A DNA stretch of 64,000 bases from Pseudogracilibacillus sp. (GTDB taxonomy: Bacteria; Bacillota; Bacilli; Bacillales; Amphibacillaceae). The position numbers were made by a program, and so were the translations under genes. The first letter of the stretch is position 1, and each line of letters opens with the position of its first letter. The stretch lies in the NCBI GenBank assembly GCA_035301645.1, contig DATGTX010000026.1, positions 805 through 64,804 of the forward strand. The letters are read 5' to 3'. The notes under the pieces were generated by a model. It made no database searches. It was not told the origin of the DNA and was given only the letters and a program-made list of their open reading frames with translations. Below are positions 20,398 to 29,728 of the stretch, one piece after another.

Positions 20398-20445
20398 ATT
20401 GAGTTAAAAAGGCAATTACCTCATATTTCAAACTGCTATTTTCAT

Positions 20446-22707
20446 CTACTTAGATAATGGTACACTATTAGATTTATTACCTTCTGTTCCAGTTAAAGGA
20501 TCATAAGGCACCACATAAAAGTTTCTTTTAGAAAATAACGTTAAATCATCAACAATATATTCAAACTCATCTGCTACTTCTGCGATTAATTTATTTTCAT
20601 TATTTAATTCTTCGTATACTCGGTAAACAATCCTTTTATCTTCAGATTTACCCCATGAAAGCTTGCCTTTAATAAGTTGGAAACCGCCAAATACACGTTT
20701 TCCTGTTAATTTTACTTCTTTCGGTAACTCAATCGGTGCTTCTAAGGAAGTAACATTTTCTGACTTTGCAAACTCACCTTTTAATTCTGAAACACTATTA
20801 ATCTCAGTTAAGATTTTTTTAGTTAATTGTGTTGGATAAGCACTTCCACCGGTTAAATAATGATCTGCATCAGATTTATCATACCCCATCCACATTGATG
20901 TCACATATTCTGGAGTATAGCCTACGAACCAAGCATCTTTATTAGCATTTCCTGGTGCTTGTTCATTCTCTGTTGTACCTGTTTTCCCTGCCAATGCTTT
21001 TGGATAATAACCACTTGATGCTGTTCCACGTTTAACTGTTGTTTGCAATATTTCTGTCATATCCCAAGCAATTTGTTCAGAAAATACTTCGATTGGTTTT
21101 TGGTTTATTTTAAAAATCTCTTCATTATCACGTCCATAAATTTCTGCTATGGTGAACGATTCAACAAATTCGCCATTCGCAGCAAAGGTACGATATCCTT
21201 CCGCTAAATTAATTGGTGTCAAACCTTCTGTTAAACCACCTAAAGCAATATTAAGTTCTTTATCAGGAATATTCATATTCATTTTCTTTAAATATGATTT
21301 CGATTTTTTAACACCAATTTCATTTAATAGCCAAACAGATGTGACGTTTTTCGATTTAACAATTGCTTCATATAAAGAAACGTTACCCTCATAGTTGTCA
21401 TCATAATTTTTAGGTGTCCAACCTGACCAATCTTTTTTCTCATCAGGCAACATCGTATATGGGTCATAGTCTCCTGTCATTAAAGCTGGTCCAAATACTG
21501 CAAGTGGCTTTAATGTAGAACCAGGCTGTCTTTTTGTATTTAACAGATTCTGTTCCGCTATTTCAAATTGACGTCCACCCAAAGCTGCAACGATACCACC
21601 TGTTTGCTGGTCCATCATGACGAATGCGCCCTCTGTTCCTTCAGTATTTCCCGGGAAATATTCCCCTTCTTGAAAGTTATCGTAAGCAATCTCTTGGAAT
21701 TCTTCTTTTAAAGGCGTCATTATTTGATAACCACCTTTTTTTAATTCATCCATCGATAAACCATGTTTATTATGAGCTTCTTTTAAAGCTTGATCGACAT
21801 AGGATTGATTCGGTTTATTTGATTCTTTTTCAGCTAACTGAATGTCAATATCTGATTGCTGCGCTTCCTTCATTTCTGTTTCTGTTATATTATCACTTTC
21901 ATACATAACTTTTAAAACTAAGTTTCTTCTTTCCTTAGCTTTTTCAGGATGCTCAATAGGAGAATAGCCATTAGGCGCATTAACGATACCTGCAAGAAGA
22001 GCACTCTCGGATAAAGTTAATTCTGAAGCTGGTTTTTGATAAAACTCTTGTGATATAGCCTCTATTCCATATTTTCCTCGTCCAAAATAAATCACGTTAA
22101 TATACATTTCTAGAATTTCATCTTTTGTAAATTCTCGTTCTAAGTAGAGTGCAACCATAACTTCTTTTGTTTTTCTCAACCATGTTTTGTCATTTGATAA
22201 AAACATATTTTTAGCTAGTTGCTGTGTAATAGTACTTGCACCTTCGACCTTACTTCTAGCTATCACATCTTTATAAACAGCACGCATAATAGCTCGAAAA
22301 TCCACTCCCGTGTGCTCATAAAAGCGTCTGTCTTCAATCGCGACAAACGAATCTTTTAATTCATCCGGCATCTCGTCTAGACTAATCGGCAAGCGATATT
22401 CATCATAAATTTCCCAAATAACATCTCCATCTGCCGATTCAATCGTTGTGGGACTTGATAATATCAAATCTTCTTCGTCTACAATTAACTTTCCACCATA
22501 TAAAATAATAGTATAGGCAATAAGGGCAAGTAAAAATGTTAAGCCTACTGTTATAAGACCTGTTTTAATTTTCATTTTATTAGATTTATAATGACGGTCA
22601 GATCGCCATTGTCTATCTATTGTGGCATCATTCATCTCTTCATTACTATCTTGATTTATATCTTGATGTATATTTTTATTTTTATCTTCTTGATTAGAAT
22701 CTTTCAT
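20446..22707 (-). CDS. pbpF: Class A penicillin-binding protein (PbpF-like)
   Basis: EDRRFYEH, GASTITQQLAKN glycosyltransferase; STLK, SKN, KTG transpeptidase motifs. Confidence 0.92.
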   Translation of the reverse strand: MKDSNQEDKNKNIHQDINQDSNEEMNDATIDRQWRSDRHYKSNKMKIKTGLITVGLTFLLALIAYTIILYGGKLIVDEEDLILSSPTTIESADGDVIWEIYDEYRLPISLDEMPDELKDSFVAIEDRRFYEHTGVDFRAIMRAVYKDVIARSKVEGASTITQQLAKNMFLSNDKTWLRKTKEVMVALYLEREFTKDEILEMYINVIYFGRGKYGIEAISQEFYQKPASELTLSESALLAGIVNAPNGYSPIEHPEKAKERRNLVLKVMYESDNITETEMKEAQQSDIDIQLAEKESNKPNQSYVDQALKEAHNKHGLSMDELKKGGYQIMTPLKEEFQEIAYDNFQEGEYFPGNTEGTEGAFVMMDQQTGGIVAALGGRQFEIAEQNLLNTKRQPGSTLKPLAVFGPALMTGDYDPYTMLPDEKKDWSGWTPKNYDDNYEGNVSLYEAIVKSKNVTSVWLLNEIGVKKSKSYLKKMNMNIPDKELNIALGGLTEGLTPINLAEGYRTFAANGEFVESFTIAEIYGRDNEEIFKINQKPIEVFSEQIAWDMTEILQTTVKRGTASSGYYPKALAGKTGTTENEQAPGNANKDAWFVGYTPEYVTSMWMGYDKSDADHYLTGGSAYPTQLTKKILTEINSVSELKGEFAKSENVTSLEAPIELPKEVKLTGKRVFGGFQLIKGKLSWGKSEDKRIVYRVYEELNNENKLIAEVADEFEYIVDDLTLFSKRNFYVVPYDPLTGTEGNKSNSVPLSK

Positions 22708-22829
22708 CTTTTCACCTCTGATAACTAAAAGCTTAACATTACTGATTCTTATTATACCTGATTTTTGCTTTTTTATAACAGCTTTTTCGTTTATACTAAA
22801 GATATAATGAAAATAGGAGGGTAATTATT

Positions 22830-23333
22830 ATGTTTGCTCATATGACAACAGGTTCATTAAGCTTCTTACAAAAATTAATGGATAAACATTCTTCAATTGA
22901 TTACTTTTTTATGCAACAAGGGTTAAATACCTCAGCTTATTATGAATCTAATAGTAAAAAATCACTTTTTTCTACAGGAAGATCATATGAAATCATTTCA
23001 ACAACCGGCGAGTTTATTGATCATGGGTATATCACTTTAGATAATATTCCAGTCACTGATGATAGCGTAAAAAGCTTTGAAGCACAATTCAAGGATAATC
23101 ATCTACCAGCTTTTTCTATGCCTGGATTTGTTGCTTACCGTTTATTAAAACCTATCAAGGGTAATACCTATACTTTACTGTATGCTTGGGAAAGTGAAAT
23201 GTATTATAAGTATTGGAAAGAATCCGATGAATATGAAATATTTTTAGAAAAAACCAAAACACGTTTACCTGCCTATTTCGCAGATCGTCCTTTTACTCAA
23301 ACTTATACAATTACTGAAAAAGATTCTGAATAA
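22830..23333 (+). CDS. hmoB: HmoB/TRAP-like antibiotic biosynthesis monooxygenase domain protein
   Basis: NIPVT...FE..F, PGFVAYRLLKP, W.S...Y..W..S; divergent from pbpF like yhgC. Confidence 0.8.
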   Translation: MFAHMTTGSLSFLQKLMDKHSSIDYFFMQQGLNTSAYYESNSKKSLFSTGRSYEIISTTGEFIDHGYITLDNIPVTDDSVKSFEAQFKDNHLPAFSMPGFVAYRLLKPIKGNTYTLLYAWESEMYYKYWKESDEYEIFLEKTKTRLPAYFADRPFTQTYTITEKDSE

Positions 23334-23338
23334 ACAAA

Positions 23339-23384
23339 AGCACAAGCAACAAGTTGAACCATTCTCCACTTGTCTACTTGTGCT
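23339..23384. terminator. Hairpin between convergent genes
   Basis: AGCACAAG..ACAAGT / ACTTGT..CTTGTGCT imperfect stem. Confidence 0.55.
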
Positions 23385-23389
23385 CACTT

Positions 23390-23872
23390 TTATTTTTCTA
23401 AAACGTTCTCTTCAAAATACTTTCTATATTGAGGTTCTTCGGCAGCCCCTTCAAACCTTGTCACTTCTTCACCATTCTCATAATGTATAATTGTAGGTGT
23501 ACCTTCTATACCAAAATCACTCATATCACCCTCATACTCTAATGTATTTAACTTTTTCATATCAATGTCTAATTCATCAACCAATGGAACAACAATTGGC
23601 GTTGATTTGATACAGTGAATACAAGTTGGACTATAGAAATACACTGTCATATCCTCTTTATTTTTAAGTGCTCTATCCAAGTCAGTAGGTAAAATAATAT
23701 TTTGATAAAGCGGATCATCGAGTTGATCGATTGTTTCTTGCTGGAGAGCTTTATCACCATATGGATTATCTCCGTTTGCTGTTTTATTATCATTTTTAAC
23801 ATTATTTATAACAATTAATGCAACAAATAACACTACAATGATACCTATAATTATAATCATTTTATTTCTCAT
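23390..23872 (-). CDS. Membrane-anchored thioredoxin-like thiol-disulfide oxidoreductase
   Basis: N-terminal TM, SPTCIHC CxxC, GTPT cis-Pro; downstream of DsbB-family gene. Confidence 0.9.
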   Translation of the reverse strand: MRNKMIIIIGIIVVLFVALIVINNVKNDNKTANGDNPYGDKALQQETIDQLDDPLYQNIILPTDLDRALKNKEDMTVYFYSPTCIHCIKSTPIVVPLVDELDIDMKKLNTLEYEGDMSDFGIEGTPTIIHYENGEEVTRFEGAAEEPQYRKYFEENVLEK

Positions 23873-23941
23873 TTATTAAAAAGCCTCCTAATTTAAAATA
23901 TCATGTCCTTTATTTTACATGATATAAAAAAATACTTCAAT

Positions 23942-24358
23942 TTAACGCTTATATAAAAAATAGCTCAGTAAAAAAATAATCAAAAAAGCGGTACCTGCTA
24001 AAAAGGGAATAGTTATAAATCCAAAGTAATTTACATATTGTAAATTACATGGCACATCTCCACAAAAACCATCCGCATCTTGAAGAAAAGATGCTTTTTG
24101 TAATCCATAATGATAAATAGAGACTAATAAACCAATGCCACTTAATATGACTCCTGGAATGGCAATACTTAGATTACGCTTAACTAAAGCTACACCAAAA
24201 ATAATAACAAGTGGGTACATGAAGATTCTTTGTATCCAACATAGTTCACAGGGTACGTAGCCTACAAATTCTGAATAATACAGACTCCCTACAACCGCCA
24301 TTACACTTGTTCCCCACATAATTAACAATATATTTTCTTTTTGTTTTGATAAATTCAT
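23942..24358 (-). CDS. bdbC: Disulfide bond formation protein, DsbB/BdbC family
   Basis: PCELCWIQRIFMYP and CGDVPC Cys pairs, 4 TM. Confidence 0.92.
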   Translation of the reverse strand: MNLSKQKENILLIMWGTSVMAVVGSLYYSEFVGYVPCELCWIQRIFMYPLVIIFGVALVKRNLSIAIPGVILSGIGLLVSIYHYGLQKASFLQDADGFCGDVPCNLQYVNYFGFITIPFLAGTAFLIIFLLSYFLYKR

Positions 24359-24452
24359 CTTTTGTCACCTTATTCATTTTTAATTAATAATTTAATTATA
24401 ACATTTAAAACTTCTTTTTCTACTATGCAAATTTTTAGATATATTACATCAT

Positions 24453-24497
24453 AAAAAAACACTCTCAAATTAGAGTTCTAATCTAAATTTAAGAGTG
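24453..24497 (-). terminator. Intrinsic terminator after dapA
   Basis: CACTCT..AGAGTG imperfect stem followed by a T run on the minus strand. Confidence 0.65.
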
Positions 24498-24508
24498 ATT
24501 TTCAAATC

Positions 24509-25399
24509 TTATTGCTTAACTGGACGATTTTTTAAAGCTTGTTCTACAATACCAACTTCACTTGCATTAGCTTCAAGTAATGGTAAACGAAGGCCACCTA
24601 CATTTACACCAATCATATTTAATCCTGCTTTTAATGCTGTAGGACTTGGCGCAATAAACATCGCTTTAAAGAATGGTAATAACTCTTGATGTAATTCGCT
24701 TGCTTCTTTTATTTCACCAGCTTTGAAATGATTAATCATTTCTTGCATTTCATTTCCTACAATATGTCCAGCAACTGAAACAACACCAACTCCACCAATT
24801 GCCATCACAGGTAAAGTAAGCGAATCATCACCACTGTACAATTTAAAATCATCTGGTGTTTCGCGAATAATATGAGCCATTTGTTCTAAATCACCGCTTG
24901 CTTCTTTTGCATATTTAATATTATCAATTTCTGCTAAACGGATGGTTGTTTCTGCATCAAGATTGCAACCACTTCTTCCAGGAATATTATAGAGCATAAC
25001 TGGTAATGTCGTTTCTGCAGCTATTGCTTTAAAATGCTCATATAAACCTGCTTGAGATGGTTTGTTGTAATAAGGAATAACTAGCATAATTCCATCAACA
25101 CCAAGTGCCTCCGCTTGTTTTGTTAAACTAATTGATTCACTTGTATTATTACTACCTGTTCCAGCAAGAACAGGTATACGTCCATTAACATACTTAACAA
25201 CATGTTCAAATAAAGCTAACTTTTCATCTACTGATAACGTAGGGCTTTCACCTGTTGTACCTGCCACAACAACTGCATCTGTTCCATTCTCAATCAAATG
25301 ATCTAATAAGAGACTTGTTTTTTCAAAATCAATTTCATTCTCTTGATTGAATGGAGTTACCATAGCTGTGAGTAATTGACCTAATTCCATTATATCCAC
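24509..25399 (-). CDS. dapA: 4-hydroxy-tetrahydrodipicolinate synthase
   Basis: GTTGES, PYYNKP, LYNIPGR, catalytic K in AKEASG. Confidence 0.97.
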   Translation of the reverse strand: MDIMELGQLLTAMVTPFNQENEIDFEKTSLLLDHLIENGTDAVVVAGTTGESPTLSVDEKLALFEHVVKYVNGRIPVLAGTGSNNTSESISLTKQAEALGVDGIMLVIPYYNKPSQAGLYEHFKAIAAETTLPVMLYNIPGRSGCNLDAETTIRLAEIDNIKYAKEASGDLEQMAHIIRETPDDFKLYSGDDSLTLPVMAIGGVGVVSVAGHIVGNEMQEMINHFKAGEIKEASELHQELLPFFKAMFIAPSPTALKAGLNMIGVNVGGLRLPLLEANASEVGIVEQALKNRPVKQ

Positions 25400-25451
25400 A
25401 CCCTTTAATGATATTTACTAACATTAGATAAGGCTATTTCAAACTTAGACG

Positions 25452-25483
25452 AAAAAAAAGCAACAACGAGAGCTCGTTGTTGC
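25452..25483 (-). terminator. Riboswitch-controlled terminator upstream of dapA
   Basis: GCAACAACGAG-CT-CTCGTTGTTGC-TTTTTTTT. Confidence 0.9.
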
Positions 25484-25517
25484 ATAGAAATCATCCTAGA
25501 AAATGATCCTTCTCTGC

Positions 25518-25692
25518 ATAAGATAGCCCTCCATATAGTTACCTATATGACAGTTGAATATTTATTAAATAGACAACCAACTTTAAATGTGTGATCATTT
25601 AAAACTTCGGCAAATACTCCTTTTAATAATCATCATTAGAAATCACATTCTTCTAATTATTTACTTTTAGTCTTTGCGCCTCCGTATTCACG
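25518..25692 (-). ncRNA. Lysine riboswitch (L-box)
   Basis: Minus strand has GAGGCGC..AGTA..AAAGG..GCCGAA..ACTGTC..GGAGGGCTATC in the canonical order, upstream of a terminator and dapA. Confidence 0.9.
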
Positions 25693-25728
25693 CCTAGTGA
25701 ATTTAGAATACGTATTTAGTTAAACTTC

Positions 25729-25757
25729 AACATAACATATTTATATTCATTTTACAA
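25729..25757 (-). promoter_or_regulatory. Putative sigma-A promoter of the dapA leader
   Basis: TTGTAA-17 bp-TATGTT with extended TG. Confidence 0.55.
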
Positions 25758-25776
25758 TATATTTAATCGCTTTTAT

Positions 25777-26376
25777 CTAAAAGGTTTGCTTGTTAATTTT
25801 TAAATAAAAACTAATAAACAGTAAACCGATTATATAACCCCCTAATATGTCTGTAAAATAATGGACATTTAAAGCTATTCTTGAGTACCCAATGAGTAGT
25901 AATAGCATGGCACTAAAAATAATAAGCAAGTTTCTTTTATACCTTCTTTTGATTAGCTTGGTTAAATAAAACAAAAACAAACCATAACATACAGTTGATA
26001 TCATAGCGTGACCAGATGGAAAACTAAAACCTGTCCCATGAACCGCTTCAATAATCGAAGGACGTTCTCGCTTAATAAGATGCTTAATCAACGTATTCAA
26101 GAGTGAACTTAATAATGTTCCACTTAAAAAGATTAAACTTGGTTGTAATTTTTTAAATTTTAAGTATAAATACGCGGATCCTATAATAACAAATGGCACA
26201 AGCACATTGCGAGAACCCATAAACGACAAATAATAAAAGAATTGGTAAAGAATTATATCCTTCTCTAATTTTAATGTCATTATTGTTTGGTCTAGTGAGT
26301 TATCTGGAAATAAAATAATGTATCCAGCAATAATTATGGCGCTTATAAAGAGAACCGATAACCATTTTCTATTCAT
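25777..26376 (-). CDS. PAP2-family membrane phosphatase
   Basis: K..IKRERP, FPSGHA, SRIALNVHYFTD motifs. Confidence 0.92.
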   Translation of the reverse strand: MNRKWLSVLFISAIIIAGYIILFPDNSLDQTIMTLKLEKDIILYQFFYYLSFMGSRNVLVPFVIIGSAYLYLKFKKLQPSLIFLSGTLLSSLLNTLIKHLIKRERPSIIEAVHGTGFSFPSGHAMISTVCYGLFLFYLTKLIKRRYKRNLLIIFSAMLLLLIGYSRIALNVHYFTDILGGYIIGLLFISFYLKINKQTF

Positions 26377-26464
26377 AAAATCTTCCTCACATTTTTAAAA
26401 TTTTATTTGATAAGTTAATTATATAATATGATACAATTAATTACATATACTGAGGAGGTATTAA

Positions 26465-27637
26465 ATGCTTAAACAAATTCAAACTTTAATCGATGAAAAT
26501 TACGAAGAAATGATTTCAATCAGACGTTACTTACATCAGAATCCTGAGCTATCTAATCAAGAATATAAAACAGCAAAATATATCGCTGATTTTTATACGG
26601 ACTTAGGAATTCCATATGAAAAAAATGTAGGTGGTAATGGAGTTGTCGCAACTTTAAAAGGTGGCAAGCCAGGTAAAACAGTTGCTTTACGTGCTGATTT
26701 TGATGCTTTACCCATCCAAGATGAAAAAGATGTTCCTTATAAATCACAAGTTCCTGGCGTAATGCATGCTTGTGGTCATGATGCACATACAGCAAGCTTA
26801 CTTGTATTAGCTAAAGTAGTAAATGAATTTCAAGCTGATTTACCTGGTACAATAGTTTTTGTTCATCAACATGCTGAGGAGACACCTCCTGGTGGAGCTA
26901 AACCTATCACCGAGACTGGTATCCTAGATAATATCGACGCTATCTATGGTAACCATTTCTGGTCGTTAACTGATGTAGGTAAAGTAGAAACAAGAGCGGG
27001 AGGTTTCATGGCGGGAGCGGATGCGTTTAATATTCAAATTAAAGGCGCCGGTGGTCATGGCGCATATCCACATCAAACAAAAGACTCAATCGTCATCGGA
27101 GCTAATCTAGTGACACAGTTACAAACAATTATTAGCAGAAAACTAAATCCCATCCAAACAGCTGTCTTAACAGTTGGTCAGTTTAATTCAGGTACAGCTT
27201 TTAATATTATAGCTGATCAAGCTGAATTGATTGGAACAGTTCGCTATTTCGACCTTGATGTGCAAACACAAATTATCAAAGAAATGCAACAACTCATTGA
27301 TGGCATTGAAAAAATAAACAATATAGAAATTAATTTTGATTATCAAAAAGGGCACCCTCCTGTGATTAATCATGAATTAGAGACTAATAATGTGTTCGCA
27401 GCTGCTAAACATATACCTGAAGTTAATGAAGCATGTGAATCCTTGCCTCAAATGGCAGCAGAAGACTTCTCATATTACTTACAACATAAACCAGGTGCAT
27501 TCTTTTTCACTGGAGCTAAGAAAGAAGATAATGTTTATCCACATCATCATCCAATGTTTGATATTGATGAGCAAGCTTTACCTATTGCGGCAAAAGTTTT
27601 GATTGGTGCTTATTTTGAAACACAGAATAACGAGTAA
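26465..27637 (+). CDS. yhaA: M20D amidohydrolase (YhaA/SndC-like)
   Basis: LHQNPEL, RADFDALP, MHACGHDAH, AEDFS, HHP.FDIDE; convergent with ecsB. Confidence 0.88.
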   Translation: MLKQIQTLIDENYEEMISIRRYLHQNPELSNQEYKTAKYIADFYTDLGIPYEKNVGGNGVVATLKGGKPGKTVALRADFDALPIQDEKDVPYKSQVPGVMHACGHDAHTASLLVLAKVVNEFQADLPGTIVFVHQHAEETPPGGAKPITETGILDNIDAIYGNHFWSLTDVGKVETRAGGFMAGADAFNIQIKGAGGHGAYPHQTKDSIVIGANLVTQLQTIISRKLNPIQTAVLTVGQFNSGTAFNIIADQAELIGTVRYFDLDVQTQIIKEMQQLIDGIEKINNIEINFDYQKGHPPVINHELETNNVFAAAKHIPEVNEACESLPQMAAEDFSYYLQHKPGAFFFTGAKKEDNVYPHHHPMFDIDEQALPIAAKVLIGAYFETQNNE

Positions 27638-27670
27638 AAAAATAACCTCATTAAATTGAGGTTATTTTTT
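27636..27670. terminator. Bidirectional intrinsic terminator
   Basis: AAAAAATAACCTCA / TGAGGTTATTTTTT. Confidence 0.88.
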
Positions 27671-28890
27671 TAATCTTTCATAAGTTTATTTTTAACAAAA
27701 TAGTTATTGAATAAATAGGTGAACAGTATCCCGCCAACCAGCATGAATATAAAGCCTTGCATATCTAATAACACAATAAAGATTAAACTATATATAATCG
27801 TTTGAACAACTGTTAATTTAACCAGAAACTTTAAGAATTCTACTCGCCGGTTTTTTTCTGGTACAGGGTATAAATCTAACCACATATTCATTCGGTGATG
27901 ATGATATAAAGTAACAAGTTGAAAATTACTCATATAAAGAAATAACACACCCATAATCACTTTCAATATATCACTTGGAACAAAGTAGATAACAATACTA
28001 CCTAAAACAACTAATCTTATATACATACTGATATAATCATTGCTTCTAATGAATGTTAATCTATCTAAATAAGCAAAGCTTTTTGCTTGTATAAATGGCA
28101 CTCTCACTTCAATTAATTTTGTAAGTAATTTTCTATGTTTTACTTTAGCTTTGAGATGGGGCACTTCAACGAACATACTTGCCATGCGGTAAAATAAATG
28201 CATGCGGTTCAAATCTTTTTCTACAAGCACATCCCAAGCGAGTCCTGATTGTTTTTTAGACAAGCGATATTCGTATAATGCTATTAAACTAAATAAAATT
28301 AAGAATACTGCTAAAACGATAAACGATTTCAAAATTAAACTAATAAATATTCCAGTACTTAAACAAAACCTTATAAACGTATCAACACGACGAATGCTTA
28401 CTTGTCTTATTTTTAACATCCACCAACTAAGCGTCATATTAATATATTTTAAAACCAACATAATAACTAAGATAAGTAGAAAACCTTTACCGCTTCGGTC
28501 TGGGTATGCATTTGAATACATTGGACCAAATGCAGCTGCAACAAGAAGAATAAGGTATAACTGAATAACAAAGCTATATATTTTAGCTCGTTTAAAATAA
28601 GGGTTTAGCTTATTTTCTGCAACTGTTAAAAAAACTAAATCTGGTTCTTTTAAAAAAGTTTGTATTGGTGTCAAAGTTACCACAAAACCAAAAGCTATTC
28701 CGATAATATAAGCGAATGGAAACTCATCAGGTAATGTGCTTAACCATTGTTGATAATAAACAGCCATAACCGAAATTAAAAACAAAAGTGCGATTGTTGT
28801 ATGACCATTTAGAATGTAACGAAGATAGCGACTTAATGTTTTAATATGTTCATTAAATCTTTGTTTAAATAAACCTTCAGCATCAAACAT
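27670..28890 (-). CDS. ecsB: ABC transporter permease EcsB
   Basis: RYLRYILNGH, FLKEPDLVFL, multiple TM; overlaps ecsA stop. Confidence 0.93.
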   Translation of the reverse strand: MFDAEGLFKQRFNEHIKTLSRYLRYILNGHTTIALLFLISVMAVYYQQWLSTLPDEFPFAYIIGIAFGFVVTLTPIQTFLKEPDLVFLTVAENKLNPYFKRAKIYSFVIQLYLILLVAAAFGPMYSNAYPDRSGKGFLLILVIMLVLKYINMTLSWWMLKIRQVSIRRVDTFIRFCLSTGIFISLILKSFIVLAVFLILFSLIALYEYRLSKKQSGLAWDVLVEKDLNRMHLFYRMASMFVEVPHLKAKVKHRKLLTKLIEVRVPFIQAKSFAYLDRLTFIRSNDYISMYIRLVVLGSIVIYFVPSDILKVIMGVLFLYMSNFQLVTLYHHHRMNMWLDLYPVPEKNRRVEFLKFLVKLTVVQTIIYSLIFIVLLDMQGFIFMLVGGILFTYLFNNYFVKNKLMKD

Positions 28891-29626
28891 TCTCTTCTTC
28901 CTTTGTTAGTTGAATATAAAGGTCATCTAAACTTGCCCCACGCATATCAAATTCTTCTCGTAATTCTTCCATATTACCTATCGCACGTATTTTACCATCA
29001 TGAATAATTATAAAACGATCACAATACTTTTCTGCTGTAGCAAGTATATGTGTAGACATTAAAATACCTGAACCTTCCGCTTTCATTTCTTCCATTAACT
29101 CTAAATATGATTGAATACCCAATGGGTCAAGCCCGACAAATGGTTCATCAACAATATATAGTTCTGGTTCAATTAAAAAAGCACACATAATCATTACTTT
29201 TTGGCGCATCCCTTTTGAAAAATTAACCGGGAACCAATGTAACTGTCTTTCTAATCTAAATTCTTTAAGTAAATGTGGTAAACGTTCTTCCAATAGTTCT
29301 TCTGTTAAACCATAAGCCATTGCTGTTAATTTTAAATGTTCATATAAAGTAAGCTCATCATATAATATGGGTTGTTCAGGAATATACGCCATTTGATTTC
29401 TATAAACAGAGGGATCATCTAAAAACGTTTTTCCATTAATTCTAATTTCGCCTTTTCTTGCTTGCATTAAACCTATCACATGCTTAATTGTTGTACTCTT
29501 TCCTGCCCCATTCAAACCGATTAAACCGACAATCTCTTTTCTATTTATATCAAAAGATAAATCATGAATAACATCTCTATGTGTGTACCCACCTGTTAGA
29601 TGGTCAACTTCTAATAATTTACTCAT
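28883..29626 (-). CDS. ecsA: ABC transporter ATP-binding protein EcsA
   Basis: GLNGAGKST, FSKGMRQK, IVDEPFVGLDP. Confidence 0.95.
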   Translation of the reverse strand: MSKLLEVDHLTGGYTHRDVIHDLSFDINRKEIVGLIGLNGAGKSTTIKHVIGLMQARKGEIRINGKTFLDDPSVYRNQMAYIPEQPILYDELTLYEHLKLTAMAYGLTEELLEERLPHLLKEFRLERQLHWFPVNFSKGMRQKVMIMCAFLIEPELYIVDEPFVGLDPLGIQSYLELMEEMKAEGSGILMSTHILATAEKYCDRFIIIHDGKIRAIGNMEELREEFDMRGASLDDLYIQLTKEEENV

Positions 29627-29728
29627 TATGGACTCCTCCTTGCATTCTTTATTTTAACATTTATTTTTCCATTTGTAAGCGAAGAAATTATCTTGCGCTT
29701 TGAAGAATACAATTTAAGGCTTATAATT

